A DNA stretch of 63,559 bases, filler included, from Sluysia triapertura (taxonomy: Eukaryota): assembly GCA_046118255.1 (NCBI GenBank). It is 5 parts of 5 records of this genome, joined end to end, with 100 filler letters (N's around TTAATTAATTAA, not from the genome) between each part and the next. Parts side by side here need not be neighbours in the genome. Positions count along the whole stretch, not along the records: positions 26,404 to 37,590 come from JBJNIA010187689.1; positions 37,691 to 51,989 come from JBJNIA010263836.1; 3 more parts are not named here. One strand, written 5' to 3'. The notes under the pieces are model-generated. The model had not been told where the DNA came from, did no database searches, and worked only from the letters and a program-made list of their open reading frames with translations. Position 1 is the stretch's first letter; each line of letters begins with the position of its first letter. A program made the position numbers and the translations under genes. Shown here one piece after another: positions 27,296 through 41,568 of the stretch.

Positions 27296-28800
27296 ATAAA
27301 TCTAAGATATCTTAGAAAAGTTATTAAAGATATTTAAGGTCAATAAAGGTTCATTAAATGTCACATCTTAAAAAATTTCATGTTTAAATTGAGGTTTGTT
27401 AATGACCTAAGTTTGATAGAAGTATTTTAGAATGTAATATGAATGATGCAAATTGGTGTTTAAATTGAAAATGATTTATATTAAACTCTTTTGAATTCTT
27501 AAAATTAAATGTGAATATTTTGATTAGTATTTCTGAAGCTGTGGTTGCTAGAGGTATAGGAAGGTTTTGAATGATATTAGGTGAAAAATTATATGAAATG
27601 TAGTACGTGTGAGATTAAGCACGATCTTTTGTATATTATGGTTTTAACTAAATGTACATAGGATTACTCGATTGTCTGAGAACGTGTGATTGCAAAATGA
27701 ATTTAATGAATGAAATTATAATTTAAATTGATTACCATTAAAAACTTTGTTAGTTATTTTTGAGTTGTCAGGTGATTATATGGTATTGAAACAATAAAAT
27801 CTTATATCATGGAGTAAGCCGCAAAGTATCTTAATTTAGATCGATGGAATTTCATTTATAGTTCTATAATTAATTGTGTAGCTTAGTAGTGATTTTGTTG
27901 TATGTTGTGCTTCTCAAATTTAGGACACTAATATCTAATTTAATTCTAGTAGCTGTTGTATTTAATTTTTCTATGTTATTTTCACATATCGTGTTATATT
28001 TAATTAAAAATATTTTATTTTCAGCATGAATATCGATTTTTTAAATCAATAATTTACTCCTTGTTGAAAATGATTTTATCAATTTTAGAAAGAAAAATGT
28101 ATATCAACCCTGTTTAGTTAACTCGAATTACGCAACTTCATAATTCTGAAGTACTAGTGCCACCCATCTTTAACATTTATTTTCAGTGTTAATTAAAAAT
28201 ATTAATAATAGATAACTACCGAATTTAGATTATTTTTTTACTAATGGGGTCACTCTGTGGTTAGCCATTTGTTTAATAAGAAATATGTTATTTAAAATTA
28301 AAATTGTAATTCTGTACTTTAAGATAAACAAAAATAAGAAGAATCGTCGCATTAAATATATTTTAATATCACGATTTGAATACTTTTGTAGAAATTTGAT
28401 TAATTTTTTCTAGCATATAAGATCCAATTACACTATTTACAAATTTACTTGTAAGTTAACAGAATTATTAATGCTATTAACTAAAAATACTTAAAAACGT
28501 TACTTAAAAGTAAAGTTTATTAAATAATTTTACAAATTTTAGCCAATTTAATCCTGAATCACTTTTTAAAACAAAATAATCTTTAGATATTTAAATACTT
28601 ATAGATCTTTTTTCATAAATTCTTTAAATCACGACAAAGCAAACTATTACTTACATCTAGATCTAAATTAATTATTTATTTTTTAAATTCTTACACATTA
28701 CATATAATGTGGGAAAGAAAACATGTCACAAAATTTAAAAGTAGATAAAATAAAAACTAACCACATGGAAATAATTCATTATATAAATTTATAATTACAA

Positions 28801-28960
28801 TAACTAATCTCTTATCCGCCAAAAACGGATAATGAAAAAGGTGGCGGTTTGTAGAAAATGACGGCTTTTAGAGTAAAAATTACAAATAAAACTTATTTAT
28901 AATCATTTTTGTAAAAATAAATTGGCGGATTCCAGAAAATGGCGGATAAGAGAGTAGTTA
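28801..28960. mobile_element. MITE with 21-bp terminal inverted repeats (pogo/Tc1-mariner-like, TA ends)
   Basis: taactaatctcttatccgcca (28801-28821) and tggcggataagagagtagtta (28940-28960), 1 mismatch. Internal ggcgg..agaaaatg subrepeats. Confidence 0.85.
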
Positions 28961-30619
28961 CATATATTTTCAGAAAATTTGAAACGATTTAATATGGTTT
29001 GGCACACGAATAAAAAACAAGAAATAATAAACAACAGAAATTTTATTAGCATCAAAATAGCCACAGTATTAAGTATAAAATTTGAATTTTTAATTATCCC
29101 TAGTTAAATAATTATTTTTGATTTATGAATGTACATGATGTAAAAATCATTAAATTTTGAAAATGAACCTTATAAAACATTAAGGGTGGTCTTAAAAACT
29201 CAAATAAACAAGAATACAAAATAGTTGATAAAGTAAAATAAATTTGGACTTTGTCGAAACCAGGACTTTAGAGATTCCTTAATAAATATTTTAATAGCCC
29301 AAATTTGGGTAATAAAAGCTTGCGCAACAATAATTCGACGTGTTCATAACTTATAAATAATTATTTTAAATCATCATAATAAAACAAATAATTAGATATA
29401 ATTAAAAACCTATAATTCATTAATTTGGAATTAAGAAGCTAAGTCGATTATTAAAATTAAGAGCAAAAAACAAAATAAAACTTGAGAATAACGCCTGAAT
29501 AGGAGGGGAATGCATGGAAAGTTAATTTTAGAAGTTAAAAGAAAGATAGACAATAATTAGCTAAATTTATTCATATAAATTATATTTACTTTTTATCGTT
29601 TTATCTCAAAACTTATATTTTGCAAAAACATCATTTTTGTTGACTTAATTTTATCGCTTACAATTTTAATAAAACAAATTTTTTAATTTAATTTATAAAT
29701 ATTTAAAATAAAAGAATTCATTTAACATATTTTGGAATTAATTATAAAATTATATTGTTATATATTAATTAGAAAAAAAGAAAAGAAAGAAAATACCGCT
29801 TTTGAATAATTAATGCCGCTATATAACCTAAATGTTCTTGTATGTTATTTTGTTTGTGTGGAAAAGTATTCATAATTGAAATTGGTACCCTTTTCATTTC
29901 TTATTTAATTCGTTTATTATCATTTCAATTAAATTTACTAAAATTGAAGTTTATCTCTTAAAACTCATATTTTTAAATAATAATTATATGCTTTTGTAAT
30001 TCATGAATTAGATAAATATTGCTTATATATTTAAACTTTTGACTCTTCTTTCTCATTCCCGGAAAATTTGAAATTGCGAAAATCAATAAAATATAATTAA
30101 AGTGAAAACAATAGTTTACTATAATAAAACATGTTAAAGATAAATTGAAAGATAGAGATGATGTAGAAATTGCATAATAAAATGAAAAATAAAAGTATAC
30201 AGGGAGTGACAAGGTTACAATTAAAATTCATGAATAATGAAATACAATTTTCATATTGATAATCAAACTCTTATGACTTTGTAAAATAATGACCTTTTTA
30301 TGCAATATAATTTTATTTTGACAGATATATGATGGTATTATTTATATGATATGATAAAAATTCAGGCAAAATTCCAATATATAACAATATCAAAACAGTA
30401 TTACATATTAAAATTTAAAATTACAAATAATTAAATTATATTAATGTAAAAATTTTTAAAACATATTCTGAAGTCTGGTTCAAAATTATATCAATTTTTA
30501 TAACACATAACCTCCGGACTTTCCTCGGTTTTCAGATGTTGTTAAATTGGAAGTGTCCTATAGATATTGTACAAGTTAATTGATTCTAGGAAATCATAAA
30601 AGTTTCCATAATGTAGAAT

Positions 30620-30735
30620 CAATAAAAATGACGGGATTTCAAGGATAGGACTTCCTATCAAAACAACAAAAGATTGCATTGAGTGCTTACAACAAAGATA
30701 AGAAGATATCATTAATAACGGTGAAAATTATACTG
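30620..30735 (+). mobile_element. Possible Polinton/Maverick pPolB C-terminal remnant
   Basis: KQQKIALSAYNKDKK (30661-30705) resembles the Q.K.ALS..DDKR C-terminal motif of protein-primed PolB. Confidence 0.35.
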
Positions 30736-32529
30736 ATTAAAAGTTTAAATTTTACATTTTTAATTTTTAATTGATAAATCAAATCGGTGGAAAAAATTCC
30801 CAGCAATCCAGTAATGTACTTAATCTAAAATTAAAATTCATCATTACTTGATTTTTAAGAAAAACATATTTATACAAAAATACTTGATTTTGAATTTTTA
30901 TTCCAAATTGAAATCATTTTAAAATTAATAATATAACAATGATTTTAAAAATTGCACTTTAATATTAAAAAATTTGTTGATGATGAAAAAATTAATCTGA
31001 CATTATAGATTAACGTCAAAGAATTTTTGAATTCCTCATAAATGGTTTTTATAGTTTACAATCTTTGTTTAATACATGATTGGCGAATTTCGTATAATTG
31101 CATCATCTGAATTCATACGCATAGAATGTTAATCATTAATACCTTCAAGTATTTTTTAATTCAATATATTGTCTACGGTTAATGTGCTAATAAAATTGAA
31201 ATTTCTTAATTTGGTAAGTTTTAAAATACATGGTTAACGTTTTAAACATTTTAATTTCAAATACAATTAATTTGTTAAATATGCAAACTTATTAAAATTT
31301 TATCACGGTTCTTTATTATTCAACTATACAATGCATGCACCTTCATCACATGTTTGTTTATAACAATTCTTCTTTGTAATGCTTTATTTTCTCATAATTT
31401 GTTTGAAATTCCAAATAATGTGATTTTACTATACCTTTACAACTTCAAACTGGGAATAAACAATTTCAGTTTTGTAGTAAAAAAAATTGAAGTAGAAAAT
31501 AGACAACCAAACATTTAAATAAAAATAAAATTTAAAATCATATAAAGAAATCAGAAATAAATTAAAACAATATAAACATTAAACGACACAATTATTATTT
31601 AAAATTAACATCACATTAAGTGCATCAGGTATAAATCTTTGTATATGAGCGATATATTTGGTGCATTTCACAAATGTTAAATTTTTTATGCTTTTAATTG
31701 TTTAATTCTAATTTGAAATTGCTCATTTTTACTCACATAAAAAACTTACAGAGTAGAAAATATATGTTTTCACAACCCTACGAAAAATAAAAAAATTACT
31801 ATTTTAAGAATACACTAATAAAGTTACCATCAATTATAAATACATATTCTAAATATTATGAAAATTATTGGGAAAGCAAACTTTAACAGTATCTTAAAAC
31901 TCTAAACCTAATAAATAAAATATGCAACAGTAAATTGTCCTCTCAAAATACCTGTAATTTATGACACCATTATTATCAGAAACGAATATTGATGTATTTT
32001 AGGTATTTGATGAGTTCATGTTTATTTGGTTAAATCTAATACTTCTAAATTAGTTTAAGGTGCAAGTTTGACTGTTAAAATAAAAGATTTTTTGGATTTT
32101 CATTCATAAAACAATGAAACACTTAAAATAATAAAATAAAATTTTAAATCACAAATTGATAAAATAAAATAAAAGGAAATTTTTGATTGTTCTAGATAAT
32201 TTATATTGTGTTTAAATTAAAATAATTTGTTGGTAATTTGTAAAAATAAATGATTTTATTTAATATAGTTTTGTGAATGACTAAGAAATGACTTAAATAG
32301 AAAAATTAATCAACTTTCGAGAAACAAAATGCAATACAAACAAAAGAATTTGATTGTCATTTACTGTTCTTTTGAAATTTGGTTAAATTTTCCTGTCGTG
32401 CTTATTATATTTTAATGTCTTTATGTATATTTGAAGAATGTAATATTAATTTAATAATTCTTGATTTTTTGGAAATTTAATTTCTTTTTTAATAATTATT
32501 TTATTGTTTTTGTTGTATTTGTAATTTAG

Positions 32530-32733
<204 letters not shown>

Positions 32734-35159
32734 TGACCTGCAAACTTTTTATGGGTAATCTACAACGCTCTAACTCAATATATCTTTGAATTATAGTTAT
32801 TTGATTTGATGTGGAAATAATCACTTATCTATCTTTAAACTTTTTTAAAAACAGGATAACCAACTTTACAATACAAAAATCTATGATTACGCATTTCGAT
32901 CCGTTGAAGCTAATTTGTCAATTAATACTATCGAAAAACCAAGTTTAGAGGTGGTTTTATTTGAATCACCCGAATAAATCATAAAGTTGATGATTGATAA
33001 GATTATGACTTTACTTTATGACAATGACAAGATCTAGTCAATCGACTTTTTTAACCCATTAAGTAACAATATATTTTGGAAGAGTATACCGATGTAACTT
33101 TAAAAAAATTATAATAAACTTATAATTTTTGTTGAAAATTTATGTTCATAAATAAATTTTATTGGTATTTTGAATAAAACGCTGGTGACCTAAATTGGAA
33201 CATTGATATTGATTGAGTTAATATAAGTTCTTTCGACTTGGATAAAATCAAAAACGCTTTAAAATCCTTTCCAAAAATAGTTGATACGACGATATTTTTG
33301 ACTTTAATGTTAATATAGTTTTTAAAATATATTGTCTTAATGAATGTTTTATAATTATTTTACGTAACCACATAACTTCACTAAACTAAACCATATAGTT
33401 TATTATTATTATTTTATTACTGTTATTGTTGTTAATACTTATTTTATAGCTTTTGTATTTTAATTTTATTTCAAATATACTGTAATTTTTATTTAGATAT
33501 TAAATACTGACTTAAATCCTTTTCTTTAGTATTATCAAATTATTCTGAAGGTTAATGTTCCTACTCGTCTCTGATGTAATAAATGGAAGTGCAATTAATT
33601 TTAAACGAAGTAAAAACTTAGTAAAAAACACAAGGTTTATTTACCACAAAACTAATATAAAAATGTTTAACAAAAGTAAGAGTGCCACACGTTATTTTGA
33701 GTAATATTTTTTCTTTTAATTTTTATATTAGTTTATTCAATAAGTTTCACAATTAAGTGAAATATAATCAAAGGTTTAATATAATTCAATAAACTTATCA
33801 ATAGTCTTCAATAGCTTCGGTAAGAAAATGTTACAAATCTTCAACTTTAAATAATTATTACAAATCTTCAATAACTGCAATGTGAATGTGATAATAATTG
33901 TGGTAGTGCAGTGCAATTTGTTGGTGCTTATAAACTATTTGTATAATAAATTCCAAAAATATTTATTTCAGTAATTCCAATTTCAATAATTCAAATATTA
34001 ATTTACTGTACTATACATTTAATTCCATAATAATTATTTATTTTGTAATTTCAATGTTAACAAATTCTATAACAATTAAAAATTCTATTAATTGTTTAAC
34101 TATTCATTAAAAATAATATTAAGAATTCTATAATAACTATACATAATATATAATTTTAACAATAATAATTTAACGTTAATTTAATTTCATAAATAATATA
34201 ATAATTTAATAAATAATATGTACTTCATACTTTATTATAAATTTGCAGTGCTAAATAAGTTAGTCATAACTCGAACGTAATTGGTATGCATTAAAATTAT
34301 AAAATACAAACATGCGAAATAACTAAATAATTGTTACTCAATTTACTTAACTTCTACAACCATTATATCATTCAATATATTTTACCCATCTGGTTTCTAA
34401 ACTCATTTGATATCTTTATGTAAAATCTATTATTTTGTATGGTTATTCGTATAGAATTTTTGCATTCGCTATTTTATGAGTTTTTTTCTGACTTGGAAAC
34501 TTCGGTGTGTCATTTTTGTCCCACAGATATCTTCTAGATTTAATTGTAACCATTAGATTTCTACAAATGAGTGTTACTCTTTCTACTAAATCATTAAAAT
34601 TGCCTTCATAATATGAAAGTATTATGATTCTTTGTCTTACCATGTAAGAAATTCTAATCATGATTTCCACATATGTTTGAAACGGTCTTTTTGGTTTATT
34701 ATGTATTCAAAATATCTAATATAACCTCTTATTTTTAATTACGTAGAGGAACTAATCAAAATTAAATTAAACAGTAATCACTGCAAAATATTTATTCGTA
34801 TGCACTGCCTGAGTTATTTTTCTCCTATATCAACAATTTGTTAAAATTTATAGTCTAGTTTTCCATGTGTAAATATTTCCTTATTTACGTTTCTTAGGTG
34901 ACAAACTTACAATTATTTATTACTTTCTTGACATGTTTACCCAAAACAATAACTTGTTTGTATTGAAGTGTATTTTAATGATAAAATCATCAATATATTT
35001 TTCATGTACAGTTAACTTAAGTTAGTTTTCTTTTAGTACACATAGTTGGTCGTTTTTCCAGAAAAATATTTGATAAAGGTTTACAAGATCGATTTGGTTG
35101 AACTTATTCGTTATTCGATTTGCCAAAATCTTTCTGATTAAAAGTGTCTTATTTAAATT

Positions 35160-36278
35160 TAAGTTTGGTAATTGTTTTTATGGATTAGATTAATAAAATT
35201 ACAAAAAGTTTTAAATTCATGACTTATAAAACACATTATTTGAAGGCCATACGATTTAAAATAAAAATAATACATTTCTTTAATTTTATTGATCAAAAAC
35301 TTTATTGCATAAGCTACTTTGAGTCTTTCCAAAATGCGCCACATGATTTGTAGACTAGTTCTACGACCTAAAATAAAAGGGATAACTAATAAGATTTCGT
35401 CATAAGTTTTATAAAATTTTACTTTAGTAGCATCAGGATCGTTGATTTGATGACGGAATTTCATCTTTGAGCCAAATTTTGTATTCATCGGATTGTCATA
35501 CAAGGACATCAATAATTGTTGTCCTTCTATGTGTTAGTTGATGATCGCTGGCCAACATTGGTTCCTGCAGCTGATTTATCGTGTGTGCAAGTCTGCATGC
35601 AGATTTGAATCTTAAACATTTCCCATACTGATCAGCATTGTATGGGCATGACATTGAACGTATTTTGACATTTTGTGCATCATCAGACTGACTTTTTGAC
35701 AGATAGTATTTAATACATTCGTCGTATTCCTAATCGTTCTATCTTTATTAGGTTGTTTTGTCTCTATTGGTACTATTTCATTCTTTCGACACATATGGTG
35801 TGATCATGGACATTTGAATATACATTGTGATTGACTAATATTACATCAAATCCTTTAGATTGGATTATATTATGGATTGTTATAAGACATTTTTCATGAA
35901 TGACATTAATCAACATTTCCCAAAATTCTACATCATCATCTAACATATCTAACCTATTACGAAATTTTCTCTTTGTTGAATCTGACATGACTTCTAAAAC
36001 TTTGCTAAATTTTATCGTTTCATCAACTTCAATCATTGTATGGTTTTTAGTACTAAAGTTTTGTTGAAATCACAACATGTATTCCTAGGATCACGTTGTT
36101 GCATTATAATTAACACGGAACTTCTATTTGATAATTTATCGTCGTTCATACATATTAAAATAATCATTTTTGATATTACCGTTGTAAAAAGATTTTTTAA
36201 AGTTTCTAAAGAATCGTTATTAATAATTTGTGCCCACAAGTAACGTTTGTATACCATGACCATTGATTGGTCATCCAA
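35160..36278 (-). pseudogene. Divergent Roquin-like (ROQ + HEPN-C + CCCH array) pseudogene
   Basis: YLWAQ...KMIIL......LSNRSSVLIIMQQRDPR......KT......Q parallels Roquin NLWAA...KLVLL......LSRKVLVLFVVQRLEPR....SKT......Q. RKFRNRLDML..D..FWEMLIN parallels NRLRPHLELL..ID...TWEQLEN. Then CPYNADQYGKCLRFKSACRLAH (CCCH, 35583-35648). Frameshifted. Confidence 0.65.
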
Positions 36279-36316
36279 CCAGAGGCATTGAGATGAAAGC
36301 TCTGGTTGGATGACCA
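36268..36316. repeat. Perfect 17-bp inverted repeat (hairpin, 15-nt loop)
   Basis: TGGTCATCCAACCAGAG (36268-36284) and CTCTGGTTGGATGACCA (36300-36316). Confidence 0.95.
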
Positions 36317-36609
36317 GTAAAAATAGATAGAGTAATTAAAAAAGACTATATTGATTTAGAGATGAGCCACCATGAATGTTGACGTAAATTTATACATAGT
36401 GATTAGTGTTATATAATTGGTGATTTGTATAAAATTTTTCGCTTTAAAATTTGAAATAATAATAATAACACTAATGATAAAAATGATAATAATAATAATA
36501 ATAATAATAATAATGCACAATATTATTATTATTATTACTATTAAATTTACATATATTCTTATAATAAACTGTACATGATCTTTCTTTGTAATCTTTGCCT
36601 TCTAAACAT

Positions 36610-37470
36610 ATTAGACTTTAAAAAAATGAAGCTTATATAATTGTGGATTAGTGATGTTAAGGCTTAAAGATATAAGATAATGCGTAAGGCGTTATAATAT
36701 AAATTTTAATTGCTGATTTCTAGGTTTGAGTAAGTTTAAGATAATTGAGCCTAGTGTTCTATATGAAATAATGTTTCTGACTGAAAGTGTTAATAGATCA
36801 TGAGTTATTATTATGTTATAAAGGTGTAGTTTAATGTATAAAAGTAGTGATGTCCTAAGTGCTGTTGAGACTTCTGTGATGCAGATCATGAATTTGGAAT
36901 GTTTGAATTAGTTTGAAGATATCAGGTGGTTAATTTCGAATATGATTGTGATTGAATTGTTAAGAAATGAAGAATAAAATATTTTAAAAGAATTTTTTAA
37001 TGTAAATTAATGGTTTGAATATAATTGTGTTTTGGATGTTATGAGATTATGGATTTAAATTGACTTTAACGGATGAAAATGTTTTAGTGGATGTGAAGAA
37101 GATAAATATGGGAATGTTAAAATGTTAGAGAATATGGTTTATAAATACAATGTGTTGATTTGGTTTAATATTGTTTTGTGTTGATTTTGAAAGTAAATTG
37201 TAGATTTTGAGGGTGTATGTGATTTTGTTGTATTAGGAAGAAAAGATTTTAATAAAATTTGATAATAGTGAAGGTTGACCACTATTATTATTATTATAAC
37301 CATTAACACATTGAAGACGATATTTGATGAAAAGCATATAGCCTGAATTTCCGCATATTTTGTTGAAATTATATAAATTAAAAGTAAATTACATAAATTA
37401 TATAAATTATATGAGATTGCTTGAAATTCCAAATAACATGAATTAACGTCATCAGTCCTCAATGTGTTAA
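36610..37470 (-). mobile_element. Degraded LINE AP-endonuclease region (L2/CR1-like)
   Basis: Fragments such as YIISTKYAEIQAICFSS and (D)LICITE...HDLL resemble APE strands and the LDL..T...SDH end. Many stops. Confidence 0.35.
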
Positions 37471-37590
37471 TATAATTATAATTACTATTATTATGATTAC
37501 TATTATTGTTATTATTAATATTACTATTATATTACTATTACTATTATATTACTATGATTATTACTACTAATTTTGTTAGTACTAATCGTA

Positions 37591-37690
37591 NNNNNNNNNN
37601 NNNNNNNNNNNNNNNNNNNNNNNNNNNNNNNNNNTTAATTAATTAANNNNNNNNNNNNNNNNNNNNNNNNNNNNNNNNNNNNNNNNNNNN
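37591..37690. other. Artificial contig-joining spacer
   Basis: 44N-TTAATTAATTAA-44N. Confidence 0.97.
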
Positions 37691-38929
37691 TGAGTTGTTG
37701 AAATGAATGTAAGAGTTTATTGAGTTGGGAATGTTCAGATATGGATTAATTTATTGTCAGATGTAGTCTGGTGAAGTGTTAGGGTAGTAGTTGTGAGTAT
37801 TATTATTTTATGTGATGAATTTTTTATTTTATTATTAAGTTTAAAGGTTGGCCACTACATATATAATGAAATAATATCTTTTATGATATAAATTAACGAA
37901 AATAGAAAAAACGTTGCCTTTTTCATAATCTTGCCCTAATTTAACATTCTCTGATAGATGATTGTATATTTTTATAACATAAACGCTATATAATCATTCA
38001 CATATTCTGCATAAATTGTTATATCTTAAAGAAAGCCATATATTTAATCATTTCCATAGTGTAAGCATTTATAAATTATTATTTCCTTGATTTTGAATTC
38101 AACTCTTGCTTTTATTGATATTATTATTTGGAATAATAATAATATATTAATTTTTATATTATTATTGTAAGTGATGCACATACAAACATTGTTATACATA
38201 CAAGCACGGACAATTTAATTATTGATTTCATTTTGTGCAGTGAATATACTTATTGATTTAATTGCATATTATAACTTTAATTATTTTATTGGACATTATT
38301 TATTAAAACAATATTTATTAAAAATATTTTTTAATTTTTAAATAGTTTCTGATAAATTTTAATTTTAATTAATTTTGATAAATGAATTTAATTTTAAAAT
38401 TTTATTTTTAATTATAACTTTTAGATAAATTTTGATAAATAAATTTAAAAACTTTTAAATTAACAAAATAGTTGTTTTGTTTGTCCAAAGTCATCAAGGA
38501 GGACTAAAATTAATGTATAACCGAAGTTTGAATTAAGTAAAGACATAATACAAAATTTGGTTTAAAATATTTGCAGATTTTTTTTAATTCGGAAGGAGAT
38601 TTACAGGACAAACATACAAAATTGTTTCGTTACTTTATTTTTGATAAGTTTGGTAAATTTTTAATAGTAGATAGTGTAAAATATAATTAAATTCATTTTA
38701 TTAAACTTTTGGAATCATTTAGTGATTCCCTGGCAAAATCATTTTTTAAACTCAATGATACATTTTTTTCTATTAACTCAATAGTTAATAATGAAACATA
38801 TTATCATTATAAAATTATATTTTATGCAATTTATAAAGAATTTTTAATATACATTGGTGATTTAATTTCTCTTTCAGTTTAACATTTTGTGATCAAAAAA
38901 GATTCATATAACGAATCTACTGTAAAATC

Positions 38930-39620
38930 ATAAATTATTTTCCTTAAAAAGTTTTTCCAAATTTTATTCGGATTCGCAAAATCATAATTAATTACAAATC
39001 CTTTTAATTGGATTGATCGCAAACTTAATAAGGAATTTTGTATTCAATTAATCTGAGCAATTAAGGCTTAGTAATTGATTAAAAAAATTTTTGGTCTCCA
39101 TTTAAAAGAACTAACTGGTAAGCCTAGTTTGTTGGTGAACTTACTCTAGTTATTCGTAAGTCTAATTAAGAAAAATACTATCAGAATAAACTTTTATTCG
39201 TGAGAGTCATAGATAAACTTATTAACCGAATCTCACATAAGCATCTAGAGTACATCATTCATTATAATGTTTGAGAAATTTGGCTTTTTAAGTATTCCTA
39301 GTCTTTCATTCATTTGCCATTCACTTGTTTTATTATCACTGTGCATTCTGTATAAATTGCAACATTAATTTTGGTTTCCAAAGAAATAGATTTGAAAAAA
39401 GTAATTTTTAATCTAAATTTAAATATTTGCAATTTTTAGTTTTATTTATCTATACTAACCAACGTATTGTCGAAATCCAATTATACTTATGAAAATAAAC
39501 AATAATCCAGTACTGTATTGATAATTTAATTGGTCCACAAAATCGATATCATTTCCACCATAACTAGTGTGAAAAAATCGACCAACTTTCATAAACGTAC
39601 TCGCTTCCATTATTAAATTT
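38930..39620 (-). mobile_element. Probable Polinton/Maverick protein-primed DNA polymerase B remnant
   Basis: Colinear degenerate motifs on the minus strand: EYVYESW (~39582-39602, cf. PYEY.DSW), KYLNLD (~39411-39428, cf. Y.LDP), LPVSSFKW (39098-39121, cf. LP.GGFKW), FGKT (38950-38961). Confidence 0.45.
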
Positions 39621-41568
39621 GCTATTCGATTTTATTGATCAATAGTTTCATTTCGGAAATTTTCATTATAATTATCTCTGAAATTATAATGAAAAAGATA
39701 ATATTATTTATTAAGTTGTTTTATCGCTCTATTTTAATTAACAAATATATTGAAGTTATTTAGAAATGTATTTGCTGATTATTAACATTGTTTCGAAATT
39801 TTTTATTATTTGAATAAATAAATTATTTATTATTAAATAAATATATAATAATATTTAAAACTTAAAAATTCATCTATCTTTTAGTATTATGTAAAGTGAA
39901 ATTTATTAATATTATTTTTTCAGTATTTTATTTGTGACTTGTTTTATACTTCATCATAATTTGACTAAACTTATTTATTTAGCACATATAAGGACGGTAT
40001 TTCCGCACATTTTGTTGAAAGTGATAAATCAAAAGTGATAATTTCGAAAAAATAATTTAATACTCATTATAAAAATTTATGAGTACAGAAAACATGATTG
40101 AAAAGTTTCCAAAAGTTGAAAAATAAAATCTGAATTCACGCTAACTAATTTTGTATTTAAAATATGAAAAATTAGCATAAAAAGTAGCATAATATTAAAA
40201 GTTTATATAACATTTAATAAATACATTTATTTAACAAAAATTATTTGTGCTTTGTTTAAATAAATAAAGTGAATGATTCCTTTATAAATTTATCTTCAAC
40301 GATTCTGTTAAATTATTTAATATAAACAACAATAATAACGACAAAGCATTCATTTGGGACGTATTATTAATTGCAACATGTAGATTAATTATGAAATTTA
40401 ATATGAATTTTATTATTATACATTTATCGATTGCTACACATATACTCCATACAATAAAATTGGAAATTATTGATATTTAAATGTATAAAAATAAATAACT
40501 TTCAACAATAATAAAACAAAATACTACAAAACGTTTTATTAAATTATTATTAGCATGTGTTAAATCGTTTGAATGCTGTTAAAATAAAGACTGATATTAT
40601 TATGAAATATTTAAAAGGAAAAACATAAATTTAAAAAATTATTTGCTTTTTTTAAATCGTTTTATTTATTGATAAATTTGTTAAAAATAAATTTACATTA
40701 TTTTAATACATCTAATGAAATTTCTTAGATATTTAATATTGATTATTTTCATTGTCTCTTCTTGTTTCTTAACTGAACAATGGAAAAATTTAAGTTAAGT
40801 GACTTTGCATTTAATTTTCACTGAATCTTTATATCGATTACCATCTTTGGTTTAATTTTTATGGTTCTATAGTTATAAATTTATATTATAACAATTTTTT
40901 TATTTTTATATGTCCATTATTTTATTACTGAACTCATGTTCGAGTTATAATAAACTTCTAATATTATCAATATCTTATTTCTACGCTTTCTGTCATAATA
41001 GTAAAATTATTTACTATAAAATATAAATATTTAAAATGTGATTTAACATTAATCATCTAAACTTTTTAATTCTACATTGACAAAACACATAAATTTATAT
41101 AGTGTTGAAAAGAAATATTATTTCGTAAGAAAAATATTAAATGAATAAAATATCAAAATGATGTGGAGACTGAGAGATGAAACTGTTAATGCAGCACGAG
41201 CAAGCATTCATGAAAATTTAATTTTATTTGACATATTTACCGATATTTTTGGTAATAAGTCGTGATCTAATTTTTGAGAATTAAATTTAACTAATTTGTT
41301 TAGATGACTTTGATGAATTTAAGTTAGAGGTATCACTATTTAGTTAGTTTAGTATTATTATCTTGAGAGGGCTTTCAGAGGGTTTTCAGAATATAATTTA
41401 TTAGACATTTTAGAACTTAAGGTTCGCTTTAGTTTATAATTTATCAGAATATTTTATTTTTTCAATATATTTGAGGTTTCGGTTTTATTAACATCAATTT
41501 TGTAAAATGCAAATTTATTAAGTTTGTCCGGCACTTTAGTAAATCTTAATCTTTTCATTCTGAAACCA

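Noticed and set aside
39660-39695. 14-bp inverted repeat
   Set aside because: Almost entirely A/T; expected by chance at this composition.
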